Positions 15,805 to 24,994 of a stretch of DNA of 33,609 nucleotides are shown here, one piece after another; positions within the stretch are counted from its first letter, which is position 1; each line of letters begins with the position of its first letter. The notes under the pieces are model-generated. The model saw nothing but the letters and a program-made list of their open reading frames with translations. It was not told where the DNA came from and did not search any database. Source of the DNA: a virus. The stretch covers positions 1-33,609 of the IMG/VR virus record IMGVR_UViG_3300040801_002597; one strand, 5' to 3'. The position numbers were made by a program, and so were the translations under genes.

Positions 15805-16965
15805 ATGGCTTTTAATTTTAGTCCGACGCCTTCTTTATTGCAGGGCTTTCAAACTGGCAGTAATTTTATCGATCAGATTATGCGCCGGCGTATGGCTCAG
15901 CGTCAGCAGGATATGACAGAGCAACAACAACAGCGTCAAAAGCAGTTCGATCCGTTAAAAAAACAGTTAATGGAAGCGCAGATACAAGAAGCAACCATTA
16001 AAACGCAAAAAAACAAACAGAACATGGAGTTGTTACAAAAAGCATTGCAGCAAATGTCTGGTGGTGCTATAGGTGGCGATCCTAATATGACAGAGGGCCA
16101 ATATGATTCCCAAAAATCAGTTTTGCAGCCTGTAAACCAACAGCAAATGCCCGGCGTACAAGCTGGCGAATCAAATGCTAGTATTCCTAATAGTGATGAT
16201 GAGTGGGAGCAGTTAAGCAAAAAATCTGGTTATGGCGCTTTGTCTGAGCCAATATCACAAAAAACACAATTGCAAAATATGATTGCTTCGCAGTTAGGTC
16301 ATAAAGTGGAGCGCAAAATTGAGGATGGTGTTGAGTACAATTACAATCCTTTATTCGGAACCAGTCAGCGCCGTGTTGGCATGAACCCATTACAAAAACA
16401 ATTAGCAGGCAAAGATGCTGGTATTATTTCAGATTTAGAAAAAGATGCTTTAGCGATACAGCCAACTATAAATACACTAGGCGAGCTAAAGAATGTTGTT
16501 AATTCTGATACTTATAAAAATTTAACTAATATACCATTTTACCGTGGCAAACAATTAAGTGTTTTGGCAAAAACGGGAACGCCAGAACAGCAGGACGTTA
16601 TTGGTAGATTTAATTCATTATCTGGTGAAATTGTGAAAAATTTATCTAGGGAGTTTAAAGGTCCGTTTAGGGTTGGTGAGCAAGCGCTTGCTGAAAGAAT
16701 GAAGCCTAGTGAGAATGATACGCCACAAACTGCAATGGCTAAAATTGATATGTTAATGAAATTAACTGATTTAAATCAAAAAATGATGTCTATGGTGCCA
16801 CAATTAATGAGAGAACATTCTATAAGTTCTACACATGCTCATGAAATTGCTAAAAAACAACTTGGTGTCAAAGATTTTATTAACAATGTCAATAATCAAT
16901 TAAAGACTATAAATAAACCACAAAAGCAATCATTCAATTTTGATAAATTTAAGGTGGTAGAATAA
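15805..16965 (+). CDS. Internal virion / ejection-type protein (Q-rich, 386 aa)
   Basis: Synteny places it at the P22 gp20 position. It has a Q/K-rich, coiled-coil-like N-terminus. Confidence 0.4.
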   Translation: MAFNFSPTPSLLQGFQTGSNFIDQIMRRRMAQRQQDMTEQQQQRQKQFDPLKKQLMEAQIQEATIKTQKNKQNMELLQKALQQMSGGAIGGDPNMTEGQYDSQKSVLQPVNQQQMPGVQAGESNASIPNSDDEWEQLSKKSGYGALSEPISQKTQLQNMIASQLGHKVERKIEDGVEYNYNPLFGTSQRRVGMNPLQKQLAGKDAGIISDLEKDALAIQPTINTLGELKNVVNSDTYKNLTNIPFYRGKQLSVLAKTGTPEQQDVIGRFNSLSGEIVKNLSREFKGPFRVGEQALAERMKPSENDTPQTAMAKIDMLMKLTDLNQKMMSMVPQLMREHSISSTHAHEIAKKQLGVKDFINNVNNQLKTINKPQKQSFNFDKFKVVE

Positions 16966-18284
16966 TGGCTGATATTAAAATAAAGGCCCCTGATGGCACT
17001 GTAAGGCTTATCCCTGATAAATTTGTAAATGATGCTTTACAAGCAGGTGGCGAGTTTACCAGTCCAGAGGATATGGCTTCTTATCAAGTTAAACAGCAAT
17101 ATCCTAATATGCCTGATTCTTTACGAAATGCTTTATTAAAAATGAGCGGTACAGGATTTGGTGATTTAGCTCAAAAAGCTGAACCAGTTACAGGCGCAAT
17201 TCAAGAGGGCGTTGAAACAGCAAGATTACCTGAAATGGCCGGTGGTTTTTTACAATCCGCTGGTGACATGGTAGCGTCGGTTGCTAACATTCCCGCTTAT
17301 GCGCAAGAAAAAATGGGAAGAGAGGCTAGTTTTAGGGTACCGCATCCTGACTTTGGTCAATATTTACCGCAAGATATGGCAAGTAAAATTGCTTTTGGTG
17401 GTGGTGAACTTGCTGGTGCTTTATTGCCTATTGGTGGTGGTGTGGCAGCCACGTCAAAATTGGGCATTCCGGCTCAAATGGCCATGGGTGCTGGAACTGG
17501 TGCAATACTTGGTGAAGATAAAGAAGGCGGCAGAGGTTTAAGTTCGGCTATTGGTGCTGGTACAGCCGGTTTGCTTGGTGCGGGTCAAAAAGCTTATAGA
17601 GCAATGTCTAATAAAAGTATTGCTAAAGAATTGCAGCAAACTAAAAAAAGTGCTGAAAATGCTTATAAGGGTATGTATAAGAATTTTTTTGATAAAGTTG
17701 ATAATCGAAAAATACCAGAAATGATAGATAAGCGCCCTACGATTGATGTTAGAACGCTAACACAAGAGGGTGATAATCAATATTTGAAAAGCTTAAAGCG
17801 ATTTTATTCTAATCCCACATTAAAAAATGCTCATGATGCGCAATCTGATTTATTTAAATATATGAAAAATCTTGATGTGACTGATAAGACAAAAGGTTTA
17901 GCATATAAAGAGGCTCAGCGAATTAGAAATGAGTTAAATGGCAACATATTAAATCATTTGCATGAGCATAATTCTTTGGATTTAGCTTTGGAGTTAAATA
18001 ATATTGGTCAGGGTTATAAAGAAAATGTTGTACCTTATCTAAAATCAGATGCTTTGCATAAGTATAGCAAAGGAAAAATTAGTCCTTCTGATTTAATTAG
18101 TGATTTATTAGGAAATAGAGGCGAGCGTGAATTTTTGCAAGAAGTTGGCGAACATCATCCTGATTTAATGCGTCGTAAGCATATAGATGATTTGGTATCT
18201 AATAAGTATTTAAAGGCATTATTGGGAAGTGGTTTAGGTGGTGGTGCTCTTTATGGTGCTTATGAATTTGGCAAACGGAGTTAA
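16965..18284 (+). CDS. Internal virion / ejection-type protein with Gly-rich hydrophobic segments (439 aa)
   Basis: Synteny places it at the P22 gp16 position. It has the segments GGGELAGALLPIGGGVAATS and, at the C-terminus, LLGSGLGGGALYGAY. The start overlaps the upstream stop (TAATG). Confidence 0.4.
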   Translation: MADIKIKAPDGTVRLIPDKFVNDALQAGGEFTSPEDMASYQVKQQYPNMPDSLRNALLKMSGTGFGDLAQKAEPVTGAIQEGVETARLPEMAGGFLQSAGDMVASVANIPAYAQEKMGREASFRVPHPDFGQYLPQDMASKIAFGGGELAGALLPIGGGVAATSKLGIPAQMAMGAGTGAILGEDKEGGRGLSSAIGAGTAGLLGAGQKAYRAMSNKSIAKELQQTKKSAENAYKGMYKNFFDKVDNRKIPEMIDKRPTIDVRTLTQEGDNQYLKSLKRFYSNPTLKNAHDAQSDLFKYMKNLDVTDKTKGLAYKEAQRIRNELNGNILNHLHEHNSLDLALELNNIGQGYKENVVPYLKSDALHKYSKGKISPSDLISDLLGNRGEREFLQEVGEHHPDLMRRKHIDDLVSNKYLKALLGSGLGGGALYGAYEFGKRS

Positions 18285-18288
18285 ATAG

Positions 18289-20427
18289 ATGGCAACAATA
18301 CAATATTACAGAGCGGCCAATCCGATATGGTTTTTTCGTGATTTAACGGGAAATCCGTTAGACGATACTTATTATGCTCATTTTTTGACAAACACTTTGC
18401 CTTATATACCGCAGCCGCCGTTTAACAGTCCTTATAGTACGGCTGGTGTATGGACTGGTGGTGTTGTTCAGTTTCAAGCTAATGGTGGTTTGCCTGATAA
18501 TTTATATTTCGATCCTGATTTGGTTTATCGAATTGAGATTAGGCAGGGTTCGACTCAGGCCGATCCGTTAATTTATGAAATTAACAATTTTGATTCGACA
18601 TGTGGTGTTAATACGTCTAATGATGGCGAGGATAGTGCTTTTACTATGGGTAATTTAGTGACTAACCCGCAGTTTGATTTAATTAGTTTTAGTGCGCAAA
18701 CGGGTCAATTTTTAACGTTATCTGTTACGGGCAGTACAACCACCAGTTTTGAAATTGCGCCGGGTTGGTTTTTAGACGTTGAGCATACTGGCAATGGTAG
18801 TGTAGGTGTCAGGCGTATTTTTGCAAGTGGTACGGATAATATACCGGGTCAGGGTTCGGCTTATTTAACGGTTGATACGACTAATCAGTCAAATATAACG
18901 TCAGTTAAGCTTAGGCAGCGTTTTAATGGTAATACTGGTTTATTTTATTCAACAGCACTAGCTAATAGATTTGTCAGTATTTTTTGTACTATTCAATCGA
19001 GTGTTAGTGGTGGTACATTTGATGCGCGTTTGATAAGTAATACTGGTGGCAGCAATTCAACTGAGCAATTGTTGTTAAATGATGTCACATCGACTAGTTT
19101 TGATTCTTATTCGTTTACAACAGAAGCTTTGCCGTTATCAGGTAATTCACAAAATAATCCTAATGCAACGGTTGATTTGGTATTTAATGTTGGTTTAGGC
19201 CAGCAATTTTCGATTACCAGTGTTCAATTAGTGAGTCAGTCAAATTCTGATACGCCGGGTTTTGCTCAGATGTCTAATGAGCGCAAGCTTGATTTTACGT
19301 GGCATTATTACCGTGAGAGTTGCATTATTCAGCCAAAGACTGATTTATTATCGGGTTGGAATTTTGCTCATAATCCGTGGCAGGCGCTTTATGGCAGTGG
19401 TGGTGGTATTGCGACTACTGCGGTAACGACTTTTGATTTGGCGGCGGGTTATACTGCCGATCAGACTATTATTTATCAGCGTGGTGGTGCCAGTAATGTT
19501 GCTACTGGTCAAGCGAGTGTTGGCAATAATTATGCTTTTACGGTTAGAGCTGTTACGGCTGACAATAAATTTGCTATGATTCAGTATATCGATCCGGAAA
19601 CGTGTCGTGGTTACTGGAATTATAAAGTAAGTGCTTTAATTCGATCTAAACTTGTTACAACCAATAGTACAAATTTAAGATTTAAAGTTAGGCTTATGCG
19701 TCGAGATTCTTTGCCTTCGACTATTGGAGCGGCTGAGCCTTTTTCAAGTTGGGCTAATACTGATGGTGCTTTGCCGGTGCTTGCGTCTGGTTGGAGTTGG
19801 ATAATACCGGAAAACGATCCGGTATATAATTTTCCAACGACTGCCGATCCGAATCAAGGCGCCAATTCGTTTCAGTATATAGCGGTTGATAATATACAGT
19901 TACCGGCAGCGACTACGGCTAATGAGACGCTGGCTATTGTGATATTTACGCTTAATAATATGAATGAAACGGGCACAGCTGATGAAGTTTTATTTGAAAA
20001 AGTGTCGTTAACGCCTAATGAGTTTGCAATTGATGTGGAGTCGAGGACATTTGAGGAAGATTTAAAACGTTGCGAGCGTTATTATTGCAAATCTTTTGCT
20101 CAAGGTACGTTTCCGGCTGGTAGTGTGACGCCTAATCATATTGAATTTTTGCAGGCTAAAAATGCCACTGGAAATCCAACAGGAACGTCGGGATCAATTT
20201 ATTATCCTACAACAATGTTTCAGGTACCAACCATTACAACTTACAATCCGGTAGCGGCTGGTGCTCAAGTATATAGTTTTACAGCTAGTGGCAGTTTTAC
20301 TAATACAACTGCCATTGCAGCGGCAACAGGAACACAGGCGTTTGCCTTACAATACACAACCGGAGGTGGTTCTATAGGCGATAGGCTTGGAATACATTTT
20401 ACAGCTAACAGCAGGCTCGGAAGATAA
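18289..20427 (+). CDS. Tail fibre / tailspike-like receptor-binding protein (712 aa)
   Basis: The N-terminal pattern YYRAANPIWFFRDLTGNPLDD...VYRIEIRQG is typical of fibre N-termini. The C-terminal domain begins at LKRCERYYCKS, a motif I recall from phage fibre C-terminal domains. Confidence 0.6.
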   Translation: MATIQYYRAANPIWFFRDLTGNPLDDTYYAHFLTNTLPYIPQPPFNSPYSTAGVWTGGVVQFQANGGLPDNLYFDPDLVYRIEIRQGSTQADPLIYEINNFDSTCGVNTSNDGEDSAFTMGNLVTNPQFDLISFSAQTGQFLTLSVTGSTTTSFEIAPGWFLDVEHTGNGSVGVRRIFASGTDNIPGQGSAYLTVDTTNQSNITSVKLRQRFNGNTGLFYSTALANRFVSIFCTIQSSVSGGTFDARLISNTGGSNSTEQLLLNDVTSTSFDSYSFTTEALPLSGNSQNNPNATVDLVFNVGLGQQFSITSVQLVSQSNSDTPGFAQMSNERKLDFTWHYYRESCIIQPKTDLLSGWNFAHNPWQALYGSGGGIATTAVTTFDLAAGYTADQTIIYQRGGASNVATGQASVGNNYAFTVRAVTADNKFAMIQYIDPETCRGYWNYKVSALIRSKLVTTNSTNLRFKVRLMRRDSLPSTIGAAEPFSSWANTDGALPVLASGWSWIIPENDPVYNFPTTADPNQGANSFQYIAVDNIQLPAATTANETLAIVIFTLNNMNETGTADEVLFEKVSLTPNEFAIDVESRTFEEDLKRCERYYCKSFAQGTFPAGSVTPNHIEFLQAKNATGNPTGTSGSIYYPTTMFQVPTITTYNPVAAGAQVYSFTASGSFTNTTAIAAATGTQAFALQYTTGGGSIGDRLGIHFTANSRLGR

Positions 20428-20436
20428 GGAACTCTC

Positions 20437-20763
20437 ATGACAAGATATAAAAGCAATTATGATTTAACGCATCCACATACTAAAAACAATGCAGCAATAA
20501 CGCTTGCATCGACCACTGAGGATAATTTTACGGTTTCGGGTAGTAATAATGAGAAATATATTGCTATATTTAATTACCCGAGTGACAGCGAAGTTTTTGT
20601 TACTATTAATGATACGGCCGCTATTCCCGGGGCTGGAACCGTTACATATCCATCGACATCGATGTTTAAACCTAAAAAGCTTTATGTTCAAGCGGGTGAT
20701 ACGGTTAGTTTAATTGCATCGGCAGCTATAAGCATGGGTGTATCTTTATATCGATATGAATAA
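20437..20763 (+). CDS. Hypothetical tail-associated protein (108 aa)
   Basis: ORF track entry with AAGGA RBS, located between two fibre genes. Confidence 0.5.
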   Translation: MTRYKSNYDLTHPHTKNNAAITLASTTEDNFTVSGSNNEKYIAIFNYPSDSEVFVTINDTAAIPGAGTVTYPSTSMFKPKKLYVQAGDTVSLIASAAISMGVSLYRYE

Positions 20764-20774
20764 GGATTTTTGTT

Positions 20775-22538
20775 ATGCCTAATTTAAATACAAGGAAGTT
20801 TTCAGAATTTTTTGCTGGCGGCGACATGGTTCAGGGAAATGAGCCGGTCGGCCTTGAAGGTGGTGTTAATACTATATGGAACGCGCGCTTTCAGTTTTTA
20901 AACCCCGGCGATACGGCATCGAGACCTGTGAGTCCTAATACTGGCGACATTCGATTTAACACTGATTTAAATGAGTTTGAGTATTGGGATGGTTCTAACT
21001 GGGTTCAGCTTGCAGCCACTGGCGGCTTTATTCCAGCCAATCCACCAACCACAGACAATGCTATTGTTAGATGGGATGGTGTTAATGGTGATTCCATCCA
21101 GAATTCAGACATTATTATTGATGATAGTAATAATTTGACTAATAATAATACTGCAACTTTTTTGTGGGGCACCGCAACAGCGGTAACTAACAGTAATTTT
21201 CATATATACAATAGTACAAACGGAATAATTTCATCAACCAATGAAAATGGTGATACTACAGCAAAAGACGGTATTTATTGTGTGCCACATTACACTAATG
21301 CCGAAGAGCCATTCGGTGTTATAAGGGGTGCAACAGGTGTATCAAGCAATATTATTACAATTGGTGGTGGTGTTAATGCGGTCAACGCTGCTACTGAAAT
21401 TGATTTTTATACAGCATCCAATCATACAACCATTAACGGTACAAGGCGTGGCAGAATTGACAGTTCTGGAAACTTTCTTTGGAATACGACCACGGCTGCA
21501 ACGAATAGTAATTTTAATATACACAATAGTACAAACGGTATTTTTACAGCCACTAGTAATACCAATGATACAACAGCTAAAAACGGTTATTTTTGCATTA
21601 ACCATTACGATAATAGCGAAGAACCGGCAGCAGCTGTCGGCGCCCGTTCTACTGCAACCGAAAATTTACTTAATTTAGGTGGTGGCACTGTAAATATGAA
21701 TGCAGCTACAGAAATTTTATTTATCACGGCTGCAAACAACACTACAACTTTAGGCACTACAAGAGGTCGCATTAATAATGCCGGACAATTTTTGTGGAAC
21801 AATGATTCACCGGCGGTTAATAGTAATTTTAATATTAATAATGCACCTACTGGCATTATGACTTTAACAAATTCAACAAGTGCCACTAGCACTAAAACTG
21901 GTATATATTCAAGCCCACATTATGATTATACAGAAGAACCAGTAGTAGGTATGGCTGTTATTAGCGATAATTCTAATAACGACATAAGAATAGGTGGTGG
22001 AAACGGCAATGTAAATGCTGCAACAAGAGTTAGAATATATTCTGCAGCAAATGACACTACTACTACTGGCACGGAAGTAATGAGGGTTACCCCGGACGGC
22101 TGGTCAATGAACGGAGGTACCGACTTTTTTGATGTTTATGAAGAAAAAAAATCACATACTCCAACAGCTTCTTTTGCTACACCGGGCACTTCAAGTTTTG
22201 CATATACAACGCACGATTTTGAATATAACATTACGGGCAATAAGCTTGAGTTTTTTGTGGCATTGGATTTTACTCCAACTATAGGAACTGGAAGCGGTCA
22301 ATTAAGAATAAGTTTGCCTAACACATCGAGCTTTAGAGGTGGGGGTTCAATCCTTGTTTTAAATCAGAGATTTACATGGAACTCTAGGACCTCATGTTCT
22401 ATTTATATACCACCAAGCGCGAACTATTTTAATGTATATACACAAGCTTCAGGACAAACAACCTACGCAATAACAGCCAGTGATATGACCACTGGCCAAC
22501 TTCACCAAGTTTGGGCACATGGTGTTATGTTTATTTAG
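20775..22538 (+). CDS. Tail fibre protein with three internal ~105-aa repeats
   Basis: The N-terminal motif GDIRFNTDLNEFEYWDGSNWVQL is common in phage fibre proteins. The protein is N/T/G-rich with repeats. Confidence 0.7.
   Translation: MPNLNTRKFSEFFAGGDMVQGNEPVGLEGGVNTIWNARFQFLNPGDTASRPVSPNTGDIRFNTDLNEFEYWDGSNWVQLAATGGFIPANPPTTDNAIVRWDGVNGDSIQNSDIIIDDSNNLTNNNTATFLWGTATAVTNSNFHIYNSTNGIISSTNENGDTTAKDGIYCVPHYTNAEEPFGVIRGATGVSSNIITIGGGVNAVNAATEIDFYTASNHTTINGTRRGRIDSSGNFLWNTTTAATNSNFNIHNSTNGIFTATSNTNDTTAKNGYFCINHYDNSEEPAAAVGARSTATENLLNLGGGTVNMNAATEILFITAANNTTTLGTTRGRINNAGQFLWNNDSPAVNSNFNINNAPTGIMTLTNSTSATSTKTGIYSSPHYDYTEEPVVGMAVISDNSNNDIRIGGGNGNVNAATRVRIYSAANDTTTTGTEVMRVTPDGWSMNGGTDFFDVYEEKKSHTPTASFATPGTSSFAYTTHDFEYNITGNKLEFFVALDFTPTIGTGSGQLRISLPNTSSFRGGGSILVLNQRFTWNSRTSCSIYIPPSANYFNVYTQASGQTTYAITASDMTTGQLHQVWAHGVMFI
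21159..22094 (+). repeat. Three diverged tandem 315-bp (105-aa) intragenic repeats
   Basis: Repeat starts are FLWGTATAVTNSNFHIYNS (aa 129), FLWNTTTAATNSNFNIHNS (aa 234) and FLWNNDSPAVNSNFNINNA (aa 339). Each continues through ...PHY..EEP...GGG.N.NAAT... Confidence 0.85.
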
Positions 22539-22549
22539 GAGAAAAAACG

Positions 22550-22942
22550 ATGCAAATAGAAACACGCTTAGAAAAACTTGCTATTGATTATAAAAATAAG
22601 TCAATGCAATTAAGAGTACAAGATTATGTTGTTGATGAGCAAACGGGTTCAGCTATGCCATTAATGAATAGAAATAACAACGATACTTTGCTGCCCGGTG
22701 ATGACGCAAGGCTTGATAACTTTGTGGCTAACGTTTCAGACGCTAACAAAGTGGCCCAAGTAAAAGCTCTTAAATCTGAACTTTGGACCAAAGAGGTTGT
22801 TGATGCTAGATACATGCGTGAAGGCTTAGAGGCTGCAGGCGTTGTTGATAAGCCGGAAGCCGAATGGACTAATGAAGAAAAGAGGGCTTTTAATAGTGCG
22901 GTGCCGGAGGCTTATCATAAAGTGGTTGAGGAAAAAGTATAA
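22550..22942 (+). CDS. Hypothetical protein (130 aa)
   Basis: ATG 22550 has an AGGAG RBS (22538-22542). The ORF-track TTG 22511 start is trimmed. Confidence 0.6.
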   Translation: MQIETRLEKLAIDYKNKSMQLRVQDYVVDEQTGSAMPLMNRNNNDTLLPGDDARLDNFVANVSDANKVAQVKALKSELWTKEVVDARYMREGLEAAGVVDKPEAEWTNEEKRAFNSAVPEAYHKVVEEKV

Positions 22943-23067
22943 TGCCTTTTAAATCACAACAACAACGCAAGTATATGTATTCACAAAAACCAAAGCTTGC
23001 AAAAGAGTTTGAGAGTAAAACGCCAAAGGGTAAGAAATTACCTAAGCGCGCACCTAAGAAAAAGTGA
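22942..23067 (+). CDS. Small very basic protein (41 aa; below ORF-track cutoff)
   Basis: Hand-translated: MPFKSQQQRKYMYSQKPKLAKEFESKTPKGKKLPKRAPKKK. The start overlaps the upstream stop (TAATG). Confidence 0.5.
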   Translation: MPFKSQQQRKYMYSQKPKLAKEFESKTPKGKKLPKRAPKKK

Positions 23068-23132
23068 CACTTGCTTGATTATGTGTCAAAATATTTTTGT
23101 TTAATTAATTAAAAGACAAGGAGTCTTAAGCC

Positions 23133-23777
23133 ATGGCTATAACGGAAATTTCAAGAGATTGGGGCAGAAGTCCTTCAATTGTAAGAATCGAGTCTGATGA
23201 TTCTTTAGCGACCGCGTTAGGTAGTACTTACCTTGCTGACGAGGCCGATAACATTAAATCAGTTAACGATGGTCCTTTTGAGTGGCTCGATGAGGATTTA
23301 TGCTTAATCAAAGGCAGTGATGGTTTTGCGTGGTCTGAGGTAACTGTATCTGGTGATGATGTTACTCAAGCACCTTCTAATATGAATTTAAGTTTAGCGC
23401 ATTATACTAAAGAGGCTGATGATGGTAGTGCTGCCGCTGTTACCGCTGAAACCCCGGTGCTGTCAAGCTCTGGTGGCCTTCAAGTTCAAGCGGTACGCTT
23501 TTTACCGAGTGCGGCCCTTACTGCTAATAACACGAATTACGCAACGCTTACAGTTGTTAACCGTGACGCGGCTGGAAGTTCGGTTGGTACAATTGCAGCA
23601 ATTACCACTGAGATAACCGGCTCTGGCGACTGGGTGGCTTTTGTACTAGAAGATTTTGGCACGCTTGCTAATGCTACAATAGCTGCCGGTGGTACGGTGA
23701 CTTTTGAAATTGAAAAAGCCGCCTCTGGTGTTGTTGTACCAGCGGGTTCGCTTGAAATCGAATATGTCGCGCTTTAA
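23133..23777 (+). CDS. Hypothetical protein (214 aa), Ala/Thr/Gly-rich C-terminal half
   Basis: An AAGGAG RBS follows a 65-nt gap. It is visibly more GC-rich than the early genes. No family recognised. Confidence 0.65.
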   Translation: MAITEISRDWGRSPSIVRIESDDSLATALGSTYLADEADNIKSVNDGPFEWLDEDLCLIKGSDGFAWSEVTVSGDDVTQAPSNMNLSLAHYTKEADDGSAAAVTAETPVLSSSGGLQVQAVRFLPSAALTANNTNYATLTVVNRDAAGSSVGTIAAITTEITGSGDWVAFVLEDFGTLANATIAAGGTVTFEIEKAASGVVVPAGSLEIEYVAL

Positions 23778-24210
23778 ATTTTTTGTTGTAGCTCTCCCTT
23801 GCATGGCGCTTTGTAGTTGCGCCATGTTCTTATGTATTGAGTATGATAAAAAGCCTTGCATTATCCCGCAATCTGATTACCATTTTAAGACCTGTGAACC
23901 GTTTCAGTTTAGAGTTAAGCCTAAAGTTTACTATGTACCTAAAGGATTTGATACAGACTTAGCAAGTATACCGCGCTGGTTTTGGGTCCTATTGCCACCA
24001 CAAAAAACAGAATTTATCGCACCGGCTATCATTCATGATTACTTATATCGCTGTCCTAATGGTCTGACCCGTTATCAGGCTGATAATGTTTTTTATAATG
24101 CTTTGAGAAAAGAGGGCGTTGGCATTTATGAGTCATTAATCATGTACAGTGGCGTTCGAATTGGTGGCTCTCAATTTTTTGACAAGAAAAGGCAAAAAGG
24201 ATGTTATTAG
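23764..24210 (+). CDS. DUF1353-like protein with N-terminal signal/lipoprotein-like segment
   Basis: YVPKGFDTDLASIPRWFW...APAIIHDYLY matches the DUF1353 pattern as I remember it. The N-terminus is MSRFKFFVVALPCMALCSC. ATG 23764 is preferred over 23704. Confidence 0.6.
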   Translation: MSRFKFFVVALPCMALCSCAMFLCIEYDKKPCIIPQSDYHFKTCEPFQFRVKPKVYYVPKGFDTDLASIPRWFWVLLPPQKTEFIAPAIIHDYLYRCPNGLTRYQADNVFYNALRKEGVGIYESLIMYSGVRIGGSQFFDKKRQKGCY

Positions 24211-24626
24211 AGCAACGTATTATTGAAGATGAGGGTTATATCCCTCATGTTTATAGTGATTCTTTGGGTTATGACACAATCGGCGTTGGTTTTTGTGTTG
24301 ATAAAGCGGTTCCCGGTGCTGGCCTTCGTAATGAGGAAATTGAATTTATATTATCGAATCGTATTCAGCTTATAAAAAAAGAGTTATTACAACATAGTTT
24401 TTACAATGATTTAGATTCAGTTCGTCAAGAGGCTATTATTAATATGGCTTATAACCTGGGTGTGCCTAAGCTTTTAAAGTTTAAATACATGATTGCGGCT
24501 ATTAAAAAGCAGGACTGGAAGTCAGTTTATAATGAAGCTTTGGATTCAAGATGGGCGGCTCAGGTTAAACAAAGAGCGATAAGGATAGCGCTATGTCTAA
24601 AGAACGGAGTGTGGCCAGACAATTAG
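24201..24626 (+). CDS. Endolysin, T4-type (GH24) lysozyme
   Basis: EDEGYIPHVYSDSLGYDTIGVG aligns with T4 lysozyme [22 protein letters not shown], covering catalytic E, D and T with identical spacing. Confidence 0.85.
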   Translation: MLLEQRIIEDEGYIPHVYSDSLGYDTIGVGFCVDKAVPGAGLRNEEIEFILSNRIQLIKKELLQHSFYNDLDSVRQEAIINMAYNLGVPKLLKFKYMIAAIKKQDWKSVYNEALDSRWAAQVKQRAIRIALCLKNGVWPDN

Positions 24627-24958
24627 AGGCCATCGAGGAAGTTAAGTTTTATAATTGGGTCAGACGAAAACCGGCTATTGCACCTTATATTTTTAAAATA
24701 TGCAATGAGGGTAAGCGCTCGCCGCAATATGGAATGCAGTTGAAAAGACAGGGGATGCGTGCTGGTGTATTAGATAACTTTTGTATGATTGCCCGGGGCG
24801 ATTATCATGGTCTATGGCTAGAATTTAAAATAAAACCTAATCCGCTGACTAAAGCACAAAAAGAATTTGCAGAAAACGCCAAAGAGCAGGGTTATAAAGT
24901 TGTTGTTGTTTATAGTGCTGATGAGGCCATCAAAGAGTTAGAAAGCTATTTATCTTGA
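24593..24958 (+). CDS. VRR-NUC domain nuclease
   Basis: GVLDNFCMIARGDYHGLWLEFKIKPNPLTKAQKEFAENAKEQGYKVVVVYSADEA matches the PD-(D/E)xK core and tail typical of VRR-NUC. Confidence 0.75.
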   Translation: MSKERSVARQLEAIEEVKFYNWVRRKPAIAPYIFKICNEGKRSPQYGMQLKRQGMRAGVLDNFCMIARGDYHGLWLEFKIKPNPLTKAQKEFAENAKEQGYKVVVVYSADEAIKELESYLS

Positions 24959-24994
24959 TCAAAATATTCAAATAAGTATAATCGCAAAAGAAAA

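Noticed and set aside
21328-21892. Several 87-116-aa ORFs in alternative frames of the fibre gene
   Set aside because: They lie within the repeat region of a well-supported 587-aa fibre gene. They lack start context and arise from low stop-codon frequency in this composition.
18289-22538. Diversity-generating retroelement targeting the fibre genes
   Set aside because: There is no reverse transcriptase anywhere in the genome. The repeats are intragenic domain duplications rather than a template/variable repeat pair with adenine-specific differences.
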